A stretch of 64,000 nt of DNA from Kiritimatiellia bacterium (GTDB lineage: Bacteria > Verrucomicrobiota > Kiritimatiellia > RFP12 > UBA1067), in the NCBI GenBank assembly GCA_045598585.1, contig JAZLMG010000039.1, positions 31,558 through 95,557 of the forward strand. Direction: 5' to 3'. Positions 25,402-35,723 of this stretch are shown here, piece after piece (positions within the stretch are counted from its first letter, which is position 1; each line of letters starts with the position of its first letter). The notes under the pieces are model-generated. The model did no database searches and had not been told where the DNA came from. It worked only from the letters and a program-made list of their open reading frames with translations. The position numbers and the translations under genes were made by a program.

Positions 25402-26385
25402 TTATACCGTTTTCGTCGCCAAAAGACGGACATAAAGTCTTAAAAAGGCATGATAGACATCGAAGAATTTGGCAACGACCTTTTTGAGAGGCGTCTCACC
25501 GGGCAACTTATCGTTCTGAATAATACCAAGCTCGTTCAAATAACGACGATAAATCTTACGCTCGGGACGATGAGTCCAAGAGGTCGGCTTGCGTTGGCCG
25601 ATGTAATGGATAATCGAGGGGTTCAAAATCGCCTCAAGCACCTCCTTCTTCGGGAATACTCTCCATGTCTTCGCGAAAGGATTCTGCTTGAAAATTCTTT
25701 CGAGCCACCCATCGGTATAGTTCCACTTCATCGGGATTCGCACCGTCTTATCGCCATAAACGATGTTTTGAAGGTCCTGATCGGTAAGATGTTTGTCCTT
25801 ATGCTTCTCTCGGCAAGCGATAATTTGATCGGTATAATGCGCCGCGCGGAACTGATCGAGGTCGACGACATGAATCGCGTTATTAAAGCCATTACCCGCA
25901 GCTTCCGGCCAATCACCGGTCTCCAAGAGACGCGGAAGCTCCTCACGCTTCGATTCATCAACTGCGGCAGCTACCATGCCGAGACTCCTGAGATCCATCG
26001 AATAGAGCTCTTCCAAATCCTTCATCACGACAATGTCCATATCGAGATAAACGATCGTGCCGGTCACATCCGGCGGCAAGATCTTCTCGCAGAACGGGAA
26101 ACCCCACATCATCGCCTTGAACTTTATCTTATTGAAAGTTTCGGGATATTGCTCGAGAATCGGTGTCAAATTGCCGAATTCGACGGAGGCGAAATCGAAC
26201 TTCGAAACAATCTCACGAATGCGCTCGCAATAGCCGAGATCGGCAAACGTCTGATTGTGCGCAACGAAGATCCAAAGCTTCTTTGTCGGATCGGTCGTTC
26301 GAAGAAGCGAATGAATTCCAACGGAGAGGAGCGTAATGCCGTTCTCGTCGCTATTGAAGAAGACTTTTCTCTCGGGGTAGCTCAT
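25402..26385 (-). CDS. Glycosyltransferase family 8
   Basis: 327 aa. DxD region VYLDMDIVVMKDLEELY and an overall GT8-like pattern. Confidence 0.7.
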   Translation of the reverse strand: MSYPERKVFFNSDENGITLLSVGIHSLLRTTDPTKKLWIFVAHNQTFADLGYCERIREIVSKFDFASVEFGNLTPILEQYPETFNKIKFKAMMWGFPFCEKILPPDVTGTIVYLDMDIVVMKDLEELYSMDLRSLGMVAAAVDESKREELPRLLETGDWPEAAGNGFNNAIHVVDLDQFRAAHYTDQIIACREKHKDKHLTDQDLQNIVYGDKTVRIPMKWNYTDGWLERIFKQNPFAKTWRVFPKKEVLEAILNPSIIHYIGQRKPTSWTHRPERKIYRRYLNELGIIQNDKLPGETPLKKVVAKFFDVYHAFLRLYVRLLATKTV

Positions 26386-26389
26386 ATTC

Positions 26390-27247
26390 TTATTGAAATT
26401 CGAGTTTCAAGAATTCGGCAAGCGCGTCTTTCCAATCGGGCATCGGAGAAAGTCCCGCGAGACGAAGCGCCATCTTGTCGAGGCGGGAGTTCTTAGGCCT
26501 CGGCGCGGGACGCGGGAACTCCTCGGTCGTGCAAGGAACGATCTTCTGCACAACACCCTTTTGGGCAAAAATCTCCGCGGCAAAATCGGCCCAGCTCGCT
26601 TCGCCTTCACAAGTAAGATGGAAAGTTCCGCAAAGCAACGGACGCTCCAAAATCTCGCCGAGCTTACGCGCGACTGCAACCGCACTCGTCGGATTGCCGA
26701 TCTGGTCGGCGACGACTTTAAGTTCCGGGCGAGTTCCGTCCGCGAGCTTTAGCATCGCGTGAACGAAGCTCGGGCCGCCGAAACCATAGAGCCAAGAAAT
26801 GCGTGCAATCACGTGGTTAGGGCAAAGCGAGCGAATCGCTTCTTCGCCTGCATACTTCGACTTCCCATAGACGGTATTTCCGCCCGTCGTTTCGTCGAAC
26901 TCGTTGTAGGGACGATCTGCAGATCCTTCGAAGACGTAGTCGGTCGAAATCGCGATAAGACGAACATGATGACGATTACAAGCCGCCGCGACATTAGCAC
27001 TGCCACGCTGATTGAGCTTGTAGGCGAAATCAACCGCCTCCTCGCACTTATCGACCGCAGTCATCGCCGCGCAGTGAATTACCGCATCGGGCTTATGTGC
27101 CGCGATAATCGAGTCGATACACTCCTCGTTCGTGATATCCGCTTCGGGCAAGTCCGTCGGGATAACTTCGAACTTATCACCAAGAACGCGGCAGATTGTT
27201 CTACCGAGCATTCCCTTACCACCGGTTAAGAGTACTTTCATTTGCAA
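26390..27247 (-). CDS. rfbD: dTDP-4-dehydrorhamnose reductase
   Basis: 285 aa. [12 protein letters not shown] Rossmann motif, ISTDYVFEG and YGKSKYAGE motifs. Confidence 0.88.
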   Translation of the reverse strand: MQMKVLLTGGKGMLGRTICRVLGDKFEVIPTDLPEADITNEECIDSIIAAHKPDAVIHCAAMTAVDKCEEAVDFAYKLNQRGSANVAAACNRHHVRLIAISTDYVFEGSADRPYNEFDETTGGNTVYGKSKYAGEEAIRSLCPNHVIARISWLYGFGGPSFVHAMLKLADGTRPELKVVADQIGNPTSAVAVARKLGEILERPLLCGTFHLTCEGEASWADFAAEIFAQKGVVQKIVPCTTEEFPRPAPRPKNSRLDKMALRLAGLSPMPDWKDALAEFLKLEFQ

Positions 27248-28104
27248 AGATTCTTTAAGTAAACACCATACGACGACTTACCGTATTCTGCGGCAAGTTT
27301 AGCGAGCTGAGCGTTGTCGATCCAGCCCTTCGACCAAGCGATTTCTTCAATGCACGAGAGCTGGAGACCCTGGCGCTCGATGATCGCGCGCACGAAGTTC
27401 GTCGCATCGGCGAGAGACTGGTGAGTACCCGTATCGAGCCACGCATAACCACGGCCCATTTCCTTAACGATAAGGCGACCTTCTTCGAGATATTCGCGGT
27501 TGATGTCGGTAATCTCGTATTCGCCGCGCGCAGAGGGCTTAAGCTCCGCCGCTTTCTTGACGACATCATTCGGATAGAAGTAGAGCCCGACAACCGCATA
27601 ATTGGACTTCGGGTTCGCCGGCTTTTCTTCAAGCGAAACCGCGTTACCCTTCTCGTCGAACTCGACGACACCATAACGCTCGGGATCGCTCACGCGATAA
27701 CCGAAAACAACCGCTTCTTTCGCCTGATCCGCCGCCTTGAGAAGCTTCGGGAGATTCGCGCCGTAGAAGATATTGTCGCCTAAAACGAGGCACGCGTCAT
27801 CATCGCCGAGGAATTCGCGTCCAAGGACAAACGCCTGAGCGAGGCCGTTAGGGACTTCCTGAACCTTATAAGATAACTTCATGCCGAGCTGCGAACCATC
27901 ACCCAAGAGACGCTCGAAGTTCGGAAGATCGGTCGGAGTCGAGATAATCAGCACCTCACGAATTCCCGCGAGCATCAACGTCGACAAGGGATAGAAAATC
28001 ATCGGCTTATCGTAGACAGGAAGAAGCTGCTTCGAGACGACTCGCGTCAAGGGGTGAAGACGCGTACCCGCGCCACCGGCCAAAATAATACCTTTACGTG
28101 CCAT
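27238..28104 (-). CDS. rfbA: Glucose-1-phosphate thymidylyltransferase
   Basis: ORF trimmed to ATG 28104 ([20 protein letters not shown]), which overlaps the rfbC stop (TAATG). Confidence 0.92.
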   Translation of the reverse strand: MARKGIILAGGAGTRLHPLTRVVSKQLLPVYDKPMIFYPLSTLMLAGIREVLIISTPTDLPNFERLLGDGSQLGMKLSYKVQEVPNGLAQAFVLGREFLGDDDACLVLGDNIFYGANLPKLLKAADQAKEAVVFGYRVSDPERYGVVEFDEKGNAVSLEEKPANPKSNYAVVGLYFYPNDVVKKAAELKPSARGEYEITDINREYLEEGRLIVKEMGRGYAWLDTGTHQSLADATNFVRAIIERQGLQLSCIEEIAWSKGWIDNAQLAKLAAEYGKSSYGVYLKNLCK

Positions 28105-28661
28105 TATTTTTCCTCCCAAGGTTCGATTCCGGCGAGGCCGGGATGTTTCTGGTCTTTTTCCGAGAGCTTGATCTCGACATCCACCTTCGGCCACTCGATC
28201 TTGAGTTCGGGGTCGGAGAAGAGAAGGCCGCGATCAGCTTCGGGGTGATAAAGATTATCGCACTTGTAAGCGAAGAGCGTATTGTCCTCGAGAACGATGA
28301 AGCCGTGAGCAAAGCCACGAGGAATGTAAAACTGCTTACCATTCTCGGCGGTCAAAGTTTCGGAGACATACTTGCCGAAAGTCGGCGAGCCCTTGCGAAT
28401 GTCGACGGCGACATCCCACACCGCGCCGCGAATAACGCGAACGAGCTTCGCCTGAGTATAGGGGAAAGCCTGCCAATGAAGCCCGCGAACGACTCCCTTC
28501 GACGAAAACGATTCGTTATCTTGAACGAAATCGGCGGTAATCCCAGCCGCTTTGTATCGTTCCTGATTATACTGCTCACAAAACCAACCACGCGCATCAC
28601 CGAATTTCTTCGGGACGATGGTCTTTACTTCAGGAATAATCGGATTGGCAACAACTTCCAT
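28104..28661 (-). CDS. rfbC: dTDP-4-dehydrorhamnose 3,5-epimerase
   Basis: 185 aa. GDARGWFCE...VRGLHWQ...[19 protein letters not shown]...IPRGFAHGF. Confidence 0.92.
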   Translation of the reverse strand: MEVVANPIIPEVKTIVPKKFGDARGWFCEQYNQERYKAAGITADFVQDNESFSSKGVVRGLHWQAFPYTQAKLVRVIRGAVWDVAVDIRKGSPTFGKYVSETLTAENGKQFYIPRGFAHGFIVLEDNTLFAYKCDNLYHPEADRGLLFSDPELKIEWPKVDVEIKLSEKDQKHPGLAGIEPWEEK

Positions 28662-28687
28662 TTCAGCACTCCATTTTCAGCTTGAAA

Positions 28688-29548
28688 TCACTTGTACTTC
28701 GCGTTAAGACTGTCTTTAACGCTCTTGGGGAAAATCGGGAATAGCGGCTTGATGATATGATACCATAAGGGGCGAGCGGTAAGCTTGACGATAGGAAGCT
28801 CCTTTACGACAAGCCCACTCTTCTTCGCCCTTAATAGCGCCAACCAAACCATGAAAAGACGTTCGACGAGAAATGCCGGCGCACGCGCTCTGGCGCCTTC
28901 CTTTGCACCCGCCCATGACCACCGCGACTCGAATTCCCGGCAGAGCGAGAACGTCCACTCCATGAAATCGACAAAGAGCTCGCGCGTCATTACAAACTGA
29001 AGCTCCATCGCGAGCTTGCCCGCGTTCAAGACCCCATCGATCACATCCTCTTGGGAAGCGAACTTTTCTTTCAAGAGGGAAACGAAACGATCGAAGTCTT
29101 CGATGTTCTCCGGATGAGAATGGACATACTGCTCACGCAACGTGGCGAATCCGGAATCAGTTGTGCCGCGCATGACGAGATCGGCCCCACCAATCGCCGC
29201 GAGCAATTCGCGCTCATTGTAGTGATGATCGAAGATGCGCTTGAAACGGCGATAAGTCGTGCGCCGCGTCTTCCCCTTGCAAAAGCCGGTAAAGTCGAGG
29301 AAGCGACGATAGTGACTGAAACCGATGTGAGTCAGCTCCGGATGCGCAGGGAGATAATTCTTCCAAACCCAATACCACGCCGTCATTTCCCCATAGCGCG
29401 CGTTTTCGCTCGAAATATTATCGAGCGTGTCATCCGCCAGCATCTTAAGATCGACTCCGGTGCGCGCCTTGCCGGCTTGAATCGGCTCGACACAATCAGA
29501 CTTCCACACCGGGCGAAGATCAAAATAGACGCTGAAAATCTTAAGCAT
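28688..29548 (-). CDS. DUF4422 domain protein (glycan-locus associated, putative glycosyltransferase)
   Basis: 286 aa. PIQAGKARTGVDLKMLADDTLDNISSENARYGEMTAWYWVWKN is the DUF4422 hallmark as I recall it. Confidence 0.6.
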   Translation of the reverse strand: MLKIFSVYFDLRPVWKSDCVEPIQAGKARTGVDLKMLADDTLDNISSENARYGEMTAWYWVWKNYLPAHPELTHIGFSHYRRFLDFTGFCKGKTRRTTYRRFKRIFDHHYNERELLAAIGGADLVMRGTTDSGFATLREQYVHSHPENIEDFDRFVSLLKEKFASQEDVIDGVLNAGKLAMELQFVMTRELFVDFMEWTFSLCREFESRWSWAGAKEGARARAPAFLVERLFMVWLALLRAKKSGLVVKELPIVKLTARPLWYHIIKPLFPIFPKSVKDSLNAKYK

Positions 29549-30446
29549 GAGCCCTCCTTAAAGCGTCGGCAAGTTCACGAAGCGGCCGGTCTCGACGAAG
29601 GATGTCGAAAGCGATGAAAAGCGAGTCAGGCCTTTTGTCGAGGCGCTTCGCGGCGATTTTAAGCCGCGAGTGATTGACCGCGATAAGCCACTCCTCTTTC
29701 GGCCAACTTGATGCGGCTACAACGCGAAGAATCTTATTGATCAATTCACGGCGCTGACGAGAGGAAAGTCCGGACTTTCTGAGACGTTCGGTAAACGCAT
29801 AAGTCGCGTCTTCACAAGCGAGACCTTGAATCAAATCATCAGTATCGTATATAACGGATAAGCGGTCCCCTTCAAAGCCGTAATTCTTCGGCTGAAGATC
29901 ACCATGAATCGTCACCAAGCGATGACCGGCGTAGTCATACTCTTCTACAGGCAAAGCGAGCAAGGAACTCAGAAGCTTACCGCACAAAGGATGCCGCTTA
30001 GCGTAGGAAGAGAGCTTATCATATCTGCCGCGAGGCGAATTCTCATCGCTCAATTCACGTATTTTACCCGTATAAGCGCTTAGGGCGGAGGAAAGTTCCT
30101 CGCAACCGGAGAGGAAACTCGCGGTCTGCGCCTCGTTCATATCCTCGGCATTAACTCGCGTCGAAGGCCGCCACTCAAGACAAAGGACGCTGAAGCGGTC
30201 GAATACGGGAAGATCGTCGGTAAACACCTTTGGCAAGAGCGGGGACTTGACCTCCTTAAGTAACGAAAGCGTTCGCTTCGCCGGTTCTGCCGCAGTCAAC
30301 TTTATGAAAAACGCATCTCCTTCGCGCGGTGTGGCTTTGTAGACCGGCCACGCACAATCGACCTCAATCGGCTTAAGTTCGACCGAGCCGAGATGCATTA
30401 CCTCGGCAACGAATTCTTGAAGCGCATTGATATCGATTGCCGTCAT
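29541..30446 (-). CDS. Aminoglycoside/choline-kinase-like phosphotransferase (APH fold)
   Basis: 301 aa. Brenner-type motif IHGDLQPKNYGF followed by VIYDTDDL. Confidence 0.6.
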   Translation of the reverse strand: MTAIDINALQEFVAEVMHLGSVELKPIEVDCAWPVYKATPREGDAFFIKLTAAEPAKRTLSLLKEVKSPLLPKVFTDDLPVFDRFSVLCLEWRPSTRVNAEDMNEAQTASFLSGCEELSSALSAYTGKIRELSDENSPRGRYDKLSSYAKRHPLCGKLLSSLLALPVEEYDYAGHRLVTIHGDLQPKNYGFEGDRLSVIYDTDDLIQGLACEDATYAFTERLRKSGLSSRQRRELINKILRVVAASSWPKEEWLIAVNHSRLKIAAKRLDKRPDSLFIAFDILRRDRPLRELADALRRAHA

Positions 30447-30452
30447 CTACGT

Positions 30453-31235
30453 TCAACACTCCCAAAGTTCCTTAACCCAAGGGCAAGGTCTCACCCAAGT
30501 GTTAAGATGCTTTCCCTTATACCCTTGAATCGCCTCATCGGGATTTGGATGACCGTGGAAACAAAGAATGCGAGTTTCCTTCTTAAGTTTGGGCGTCAGA
30601 AAATGATTCAATGGCCAAGCACGTTGGCAACCACGTTTAAAGCTCGTCACCCACTCTTCGGGCCACCAATTCACGTTTTTCGCCCCAACTGCGTGAGTCA
30701 TATAGGCCTGCTCGGTGCGATAAATATTCGTGTCGAGCGATTCAGCCATCTCCGAAATCCACTTCTCGTAGACATATCCGAACTTGCCTGGCTCGAAGCG
30801 GAAGCAAGACGAGTTGCCGATAAAAGGACGCTTGCGGAACAAAGTTTTATGCCACTCGATCCAATTATGAATGATGCAAAACTCGCCCGGCTTATAGTCG
30901 AAGAAGTCGTCAAGATCACCTGTGATGATCTGATCGATATCGAGGAACAAGGTCGGACCTTCGAGATTGGCAAGACCGGGCTTGAAAAGCGCGAGTTTTA
31001 CGTAAATATTCGGCCAACCATTATAGCGCGGCGTTTCGATCAGCTCCGCAGGACGCTCCGGAAGCGGTTGAGCATCAATCCCCTCATCAAAGCCGGCGGC
31101 ATCGTCGGTAAAGCATACGAAGCGGAACGGGCGATGAAGATGAGCCTTCACGCCGCGATAAAGGCGATTCACAAATGACGCGGGGTACAACGTTCCCCAT
31201 TTTAGGCAAATTATATTGACCATGGTTATATCCAT
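30453..31235 (-). CDS. Putative GT-A fold glycosyltransferase (DxD)
   Basis: 260 aa. ICLKWGTLYPASFVNRLYRGV...FVCFTDD and LFLDIDQIITGDLDDFF motifs. Confidence 0.4.
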   Translation of the reverse strand: MDITMVNIICLKWGTLYPASFVNRLYRGVKAHLHRPFRFVCFTDDAAGFDEGIDAQPLPERPAELIETPRYNGWPNIYVKLALFKPGLANLEGPTLFLDIDQIITGDLDDFFDYKPGEFCIIHNWIEWHKTLFRKRPFIGNSSCFRFEPGKFGYVYEKWISEMAESLDTNIYRTEQAYMTHAVGAKNVNWWPEEWVTSFKRGCQRAWPLNHFLTPKLKKETRILCFHGHPNPDEAIQGYKGKHLNTWVRPCPWVKELWEC

Positions 31236-31250
31236 ATTTTCTATTGCATA

Positions 31251-32315
31251 TTATAACATATTTGCCGAAGAATGTGAACCGAAAATCACGCTTTGAAGTT
31301 GGAGGGAGAGCTTATCGGCGTTGAACTCGCGTTCATACACGAGTCGCGCTTCTGCACCTCTTTGACTTAACGTATCACGATTCTCATAACATTCTTTGAC
31401 CGCAGCAAAAAGTGCCACACTCGATGCCGCAGGAATAAACTTAATCGCAGATGAGGCCTTTACTCCGGGAGGATATGCGGCACTTTCGCGCGTTATAATC
31501 GGCTTGCCACAAGCAATCGTCTGAAAGAACTTATTGGGCATAACTCGCCCCGCCTTGTCGGTCTCGCCAAACACCCCCATCAAGACATCAGCCTCGTTGA
31601 TTCTTTGCGGCATTCCCACATACGGAATTTTCCTCTCAAATCGAATATTCTTACTGCCTTTCGCCAGCTTAACGCAGCGCTTCTTAAGCGGGCCATCGCC
31701 GATGAAAGTCCACTTGATCGGCAATTCTTTCGCCATTTTTGCCGCCTCAATGATCGTATCAGGACCTTGGAGCGGAAGAAAACTCCCATAAAAGAGAACT
31801 TCAAATTCATTCTTCCGCGGCACTTTCATCGGGACAAAGTTCGATTCCGAGCCGACATAAACGACTTTCAGTTTCTCGGGGGCAACTCGAAGCTTTTCCG
31901 TGAAGTATTTCGCATGAACACAAGTATCGGCGATAACGATATCGGCTTTTGAGAAAAGCGACCTCTCCCATTCCAGAAGTCGCTTCGCCTTTCGACTATC
32001 AACCTTCACTTTCTTGAACTCATCGACGACCTTGTCATAGGCGCTAATCAAAGGATCGAACAAAAGCGGGACCTTCTTCCGCCTCGCCCAGCGCGCTGCC
32101 GCTTTCATATCACGATGACGAAAGCAAGGCACCCAAACATAATCAGGCCTTTCTATGCCGCGCAAATAAGCTTCCACATCCCCGAACGCGGATACGCAAG
32201 GACGGAAGTCGATAATCTTATGCCCCATCGCACGGAGAAGCGACCGAATCACTCCGTTCCGAGAGTAATTCGGATCGAACCTACCCCACCAAAGAATAGT
32301 CTTACTTACCGACAT
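31251..32315 (-). CDS. Glycosyltransferase family 4 (GT-B, group 1)
   Basis: 354 aa. GT-B architecture with the C-terminal pattern FYGSFLPLQG...ADVLMGVFGETDKAGRVMPNKFFQTIACGKPIIT. Confidence 0.65.
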   Translation of the reverse strand: MSVSKTILWWGRFDPNYSRNGVIRSLLRAMGHKIIDFRPCVSAFGDVEAYLRGIERPDYVWVPCFRHRDMKAAARWARRKKVPLLFDPLISAYDKVVDEFKKVKVDSRKAKRLLEWERSLFSKADIVIADTCVHAKYFTEKLRVAPEKLKVVYVGSESNFVPMKVPRKNEFEVLFYGSFLPLQGPDTIIEAAKMAKELPIKWTFIGDGPLKKRCVKLAKGSKNIRFERKIPYVGMPQRINEADVLMGVFGETDKAGRVMPNKFFQTIACGKPIITRESAAYPPGVKASSAIKFIPAASSVALFAAVKECYENRDTLSQRGAEARLVYEREFNADKLSLQLQSVIFGSHSSANML

Positions 32316-33726
32316 TCAGTATTTTAAAGCCGAGTTTACGAAGCGCGACTGAATCAAGGCAGTTACGAGCATCGAAAACGAGGGCCGGCTTACGCATATT
32401 CGCGTAAAGACGAGCCCAATCGAGAGTCTTATAGTGCTTCCAATCGGTCATAACGACGATTGCATCGGCCTCCAAAGCCGCCTCGTATTCGTCTTCAGTG
32501 AATTCGATCGGGGCCTGCTTTACGAAGCGAGAGTCACTGCCGCCCGTAGCGACATTTTCATCAATCAAGTCGGCGAGATCCTTCTTCGCGTTATTAAGCG
32601 CCTTCGGGTCGGTAATCGTAAGACGAACGTGTTCCTCATGAAGAAGACGCACGACCGTCCCCGCCGGAGTTTCGCGCGTATCACCCGTATCGGCCTTGAA
32701 CGCAAAACCGAAAATCGCGATCTTCTTGTTCGCAAGCGTATTGAACATCGTCTTGAAGAGACGCGAGACGATGCGCTCTTGCTGGTGATCGTTCATCTTG
32801 ATAACCCCGTTCCAATATTCTGCCGCAGTATGGAGTCCGAACGACTCGCAGAGATAAACGAGATTTAGAACATCTTTCTTGAAGCAGCTGCCGCCGAAAC
32901 CGGGTCCCGCCTTAAGGAACTTACTGCCAATGCGATGATCCGCTCCCATCACCTTCGCGACTTCATCGACATCCGCTCCCGTCGCTTCGCAAAGTCCTGC
33001 AATCGCATTAATCGAACTGACGCGCTGGGCAAGCATCGCATTCGCCGCGAGCTTAGTGAGCTCGGCAGACCAGACGTTAGTCGTCAGAATCCTTTCGCGC
33101 GGAACCCACTTCTCATCTTTGCCCGCGTAAATATCGCAAATCTCCGATACCGCTTTCTTTCCAATGTCGGTTTCGGGGCCACCAATAAGGACGCGGTCGG
33201 GGCTCATCAAATCCTTAATCGCCGTGCCTTCAGCAAGAAACTCGGGATTCGAGAGGACGATGAAATGATGCTGCGAGTCGCCGTCAATCGAATTGAGAAT
33301 CGCTTCCATCGCAGCTGCCGTGCGAACAGGCAAGGTCGACTTTTCGACAACGATCTTGGAACCGTTCGCCCACTTCTTGATATTGCGCGCCGTCGCTTCC
33401 CAATACTGGAGGTCACTCGCGCGGCCCGCGCCCTTGCCGAACATCTTAGTCGGAGTATTGACACCAACAAAAACAATATCACACGCTTTGACCGCGCCTT
33501 CGATATCGGTCGAGAAGAAAAGATTACGTCCGCGAACTTCTTTTATGACTTCTTCAAGTCCCGGCTCGTAGATCGGAAGCTTATAATCAGGAGAGTTCCA
33601 TGCGGCGATGCGCGACTCATTGATATCTACGACGATGACCTTCCTGTCGGGGTTCATCTTCGCGATGACCGCCATCGTAGGGCCTCCGATATACCCAGCG
33701 CCGACACAAACGATATTCTTATTCAT
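32302..33726 (-). CDS. ugd: UDP-glucose 6-dehydrogenase (long form)
   Basis: 474 aa. IVCVGAGYIGGPT, GFGGSCFKKD (catalytic Cys) and FAFKADTGDTRE motifs. Confidence 0.9.
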   Translation of the reverse strand: MNKNIVCVGAGYIGGPTMAVIAKMNPDRKVIVVDINESRIAAWNSPDYKLPIYEPGLEEVIKEVRGRNLFFSTDIEGAVKACDIVFVGVNTPTKMFGKGAGRASDLQYWEATARNIKKWANGSKIVVEKSTLPVRTAAAMEAILNSIDGDSQHHFIVLSNPEFLAEGTAIKDLMSPDRVLIGGPETDIGKKAVSEICDIYAGKDEKWVPRERILTTNVWSAELTKLAANAMLAQRVSSINAIAGLCEATGADVDEVAKVMGADHRIGSKFLKAGPGFGGSCFKKDVLNLVYLCESFGLHTAAEYWNGVIKMNDHQQERIVSRLFKTMFNTLANKKIAIFGFAFKADTGDTRETPAGTVVRLLHEEHVRLTITDPKALNNAKKDLADLIDENVATGGSDSRFVKQAPIEFTEDEYEAALEADAIVVMTDWKHYKTLDWARLYANMRKPALVFDARNCLDSVALRKLGFKILNVGK

Positions 33727-33727
33727 A

Positions 33728-35722
33728 TCAGCCTTTCATATTCTGCATATCGCAGAGTTTACGATAAACGCCGCCCTTCGCAAAGAGTTCATCATGAGTG
33801 CCGCGTTCAACAATCACACCCTCATTGAGGACAAGAATCATATCCGCTTTACGAATAGTCGAAAGCCGGTGCGCAATCGCGAATGTGGTACGGTTGGCCA
33901 TGAGCTTATCAATCGCTTCCTGAACAAGATGCTCGGTTACGGTATCAAGCGCACTGGTAGCTTCGTCAAGAATCAAAATCGGCGGATTCTTGAGTAACGC
34001 ACGAGCAATTGAAATACGCTGACGCTCACCACCGGAAAGCGCAAAACCCTTCTCGCCACAATGACGAGAATAGCCTTCGGGCTGCGACATGATAAATTCG
34101 TGTGCGTTCGCAAGGCGTGCCGCGTTTTCAATCTCTTCATGCGAGACATTCCCATTGCCGTATGCTATATTCGACTCAATCGTGTCATTAAAAAGCGTCG
34201 ACTCCTGCATCACGGTACCGATAAGATGACGAAGATCGGAGATATTCATATCCTTCAGATCGACTCCGTCAATCGTAATCGAGCCCTGCTGAGGATCGTA
34301 GAATCGCGACAACAAAGCGCTCAAAGTCGACTTGCCGGAGCCGGTACCGCCTACGACCGCAACAAAACTACCCTTCTTGATCTCAAACGAGGCATCGTTG
34401 ACCGCAGGCACTTCCGCCGTAGCATACTTAAACGTCACATTCTTGAAAACAATCTTATCGTCGAACGAGGTTTTTCGAATCGCGTCCTTGCGCTCGGGAA
34501 GCGACATATCGAGATCCATAAGCGAGAAAATACGCGAAAGCGCCGCAAGTGAAGTTTGAATATGGACCTGTAGCTTCGAGAATGCCTTAATAGGCGTATA
34601 AATCATCATCAGGGGCGCCAACATCGGAACAACATTCGCAATCGGTATCTCGAACAAGAAGCACCAAATAACAAACGCGCCGATCATGATTAGACCAATC
34701 GTCTCAATCGTTGGGCTGACCAAAAGACCAACGCGTAACGAACGCATCTTGGTCTTAAGTTGATAATCAAAAACTCCACGCGTCGCCACCTCTTCGTACG
34801 CCTCAGTATGAAACGCCTTGATAGTGCGAATACCGGTTAAGGATTCATAAAGCTTCGAACCCACGACCGATGAACGTTCAAGCGTCTTCTTCGACCATTT
34901 ACGCATCGTTCGACCTAAAACAAGAAGCGGCAAGAGGAAGCATGGCGCTCCTACGGCGAGAACAAGCAACGTCGAAAGCATCTGATTCTTGATAGCGAAC
35001 CAAATCACGAAGAAGATCGAAATGCAAATCTCAAACGGAGCAAGTGCAAGCTCGGTCAGAATTGTTGTAAGAATAAGTTGCAACTGTGCAGGATCGCCGT
35101 TCACGCGCATCATGATCTGACCCATGTCAACACGCCCGAAAAATTCAAGCGACTGCCGCTGAGTGTGATTGAGCATCGCGCATCTTAAATCCGCCACGGC
35201 TCTCGTTGCCGACCAATTGAGACAGTAGCTATTCAGAAACCCAAGTCCCAAGCGGAGAAGCGTTATAGCAGGGATACAAAAGAGAACGATAAAAAGTATC
35301 GCCCCTTTCATATTGCCCGACTCATCGGTGAATTGAATTCCGAATCTCGCCGCAGCCTTCTCAACCTTCGGATACCAAGCAGGCAGCTTCGAAGCATTGC
35401 GAATTTCCTTCTCAAGTTTCGTCGCTTTATGCGTCTTCTCTCCGGAAGGTGCGGTTACCTCCCGCTCTTTCTGAGCCATAGCAATCTCTACCGGCGTTTC
35501 TTCGCTCGCCTTTACAACCTCACCACCCGAAGCACCGGCAACTGCCGGTTGAAGAACCTGATAAAACGGGATGAGCGCACCCGCATTCAACAGGCCACAA
35601 ATGAGTCCGAGGATAATGCGAGCACGATAAGGCTTCGCATATTGAAGCGCTCGCTTATATGCCTCTTTAAAAGGATATTCGCGATCGAAAAATTCTGCCC
35701 TGTATTCCTTCTTATCTCTCAT
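33728..35722 (-). CDS. ABC exporter half-transporter (MsbA-like, TMD-NBD), paralog 1
   Basis: ORF trimmed to ATG 35722, 1 nt after the upstream stop. Walker A GGTGSGKST, signature LSGGERQR, Walker B ILILDEATSALD. Roughly 80-aa insert between TM1 and TM2. Confidence 0.85.
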   Translation of the reverse strand: MRDKKEYRAEFFDREYPFKEAYKRALQYAKPYRARIILGLICGLLNAGALIPFYQVLQPAVAGASGGEVVKASEETPVEIAMAQKEREVTAPSGEKTHKATKLEKEIRNASKLPAWYPKVEKAAARFGIQFTDESGNMKGAILFIVLFCIPAITLLRLGLGFLNSYCLNWSATRAVADLRCAMLNHTQRQSLEFFGRVDMGQIMMRVNGDPAQLQLILTTILTELALAPFEICISIFFVIWFAIKNQMLSTLLVLAVGAPCFLLPLLVLGRTMRKWSKKTLERSSVVGSKLYESLTGIRTIKAFHTEAYEEVATRGVFDYQLKTKMRSLRVGLLVSPTIETIGLIMIGAFVIWCFLFEIPIANVVPMLAPLMMIYTPIKAFSKLQVHIQTSLAALSRIFSLMDLDMSLPERKDAIRKTSFDDKIVFKNVTFKYATAEVPAVNDASFEIKKGSFVAVVGGTGSGKSTLSALLSRFYDPQQGSITIDGVDLKDMNISDLRHLIGTVMQESTLFNDTIESNIAYGNGNVSHEEIENAARLANAHEFIMSQPEGYSRHCGEKGFALSGGERQRISIARALLKNPPILILDEATSALDTVTEHLVQEAIDKLMANRTTFAIAHRLSTIRKADMILVLNEGVIVERGTHDELFAKGGVYRKLCDMQNMKG

Positions 35723-35723
35723 A

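Noticed and set aside
25398-25410. GGTATAATACC next to the FdtA-like start looked like another TGnTATAAT promoter.
   Set aside because: It would lie only 3 nt from ATG 25397, and it contains the GT8 stop codon. It is most likely a coincidental match inside a coupled gene junction.
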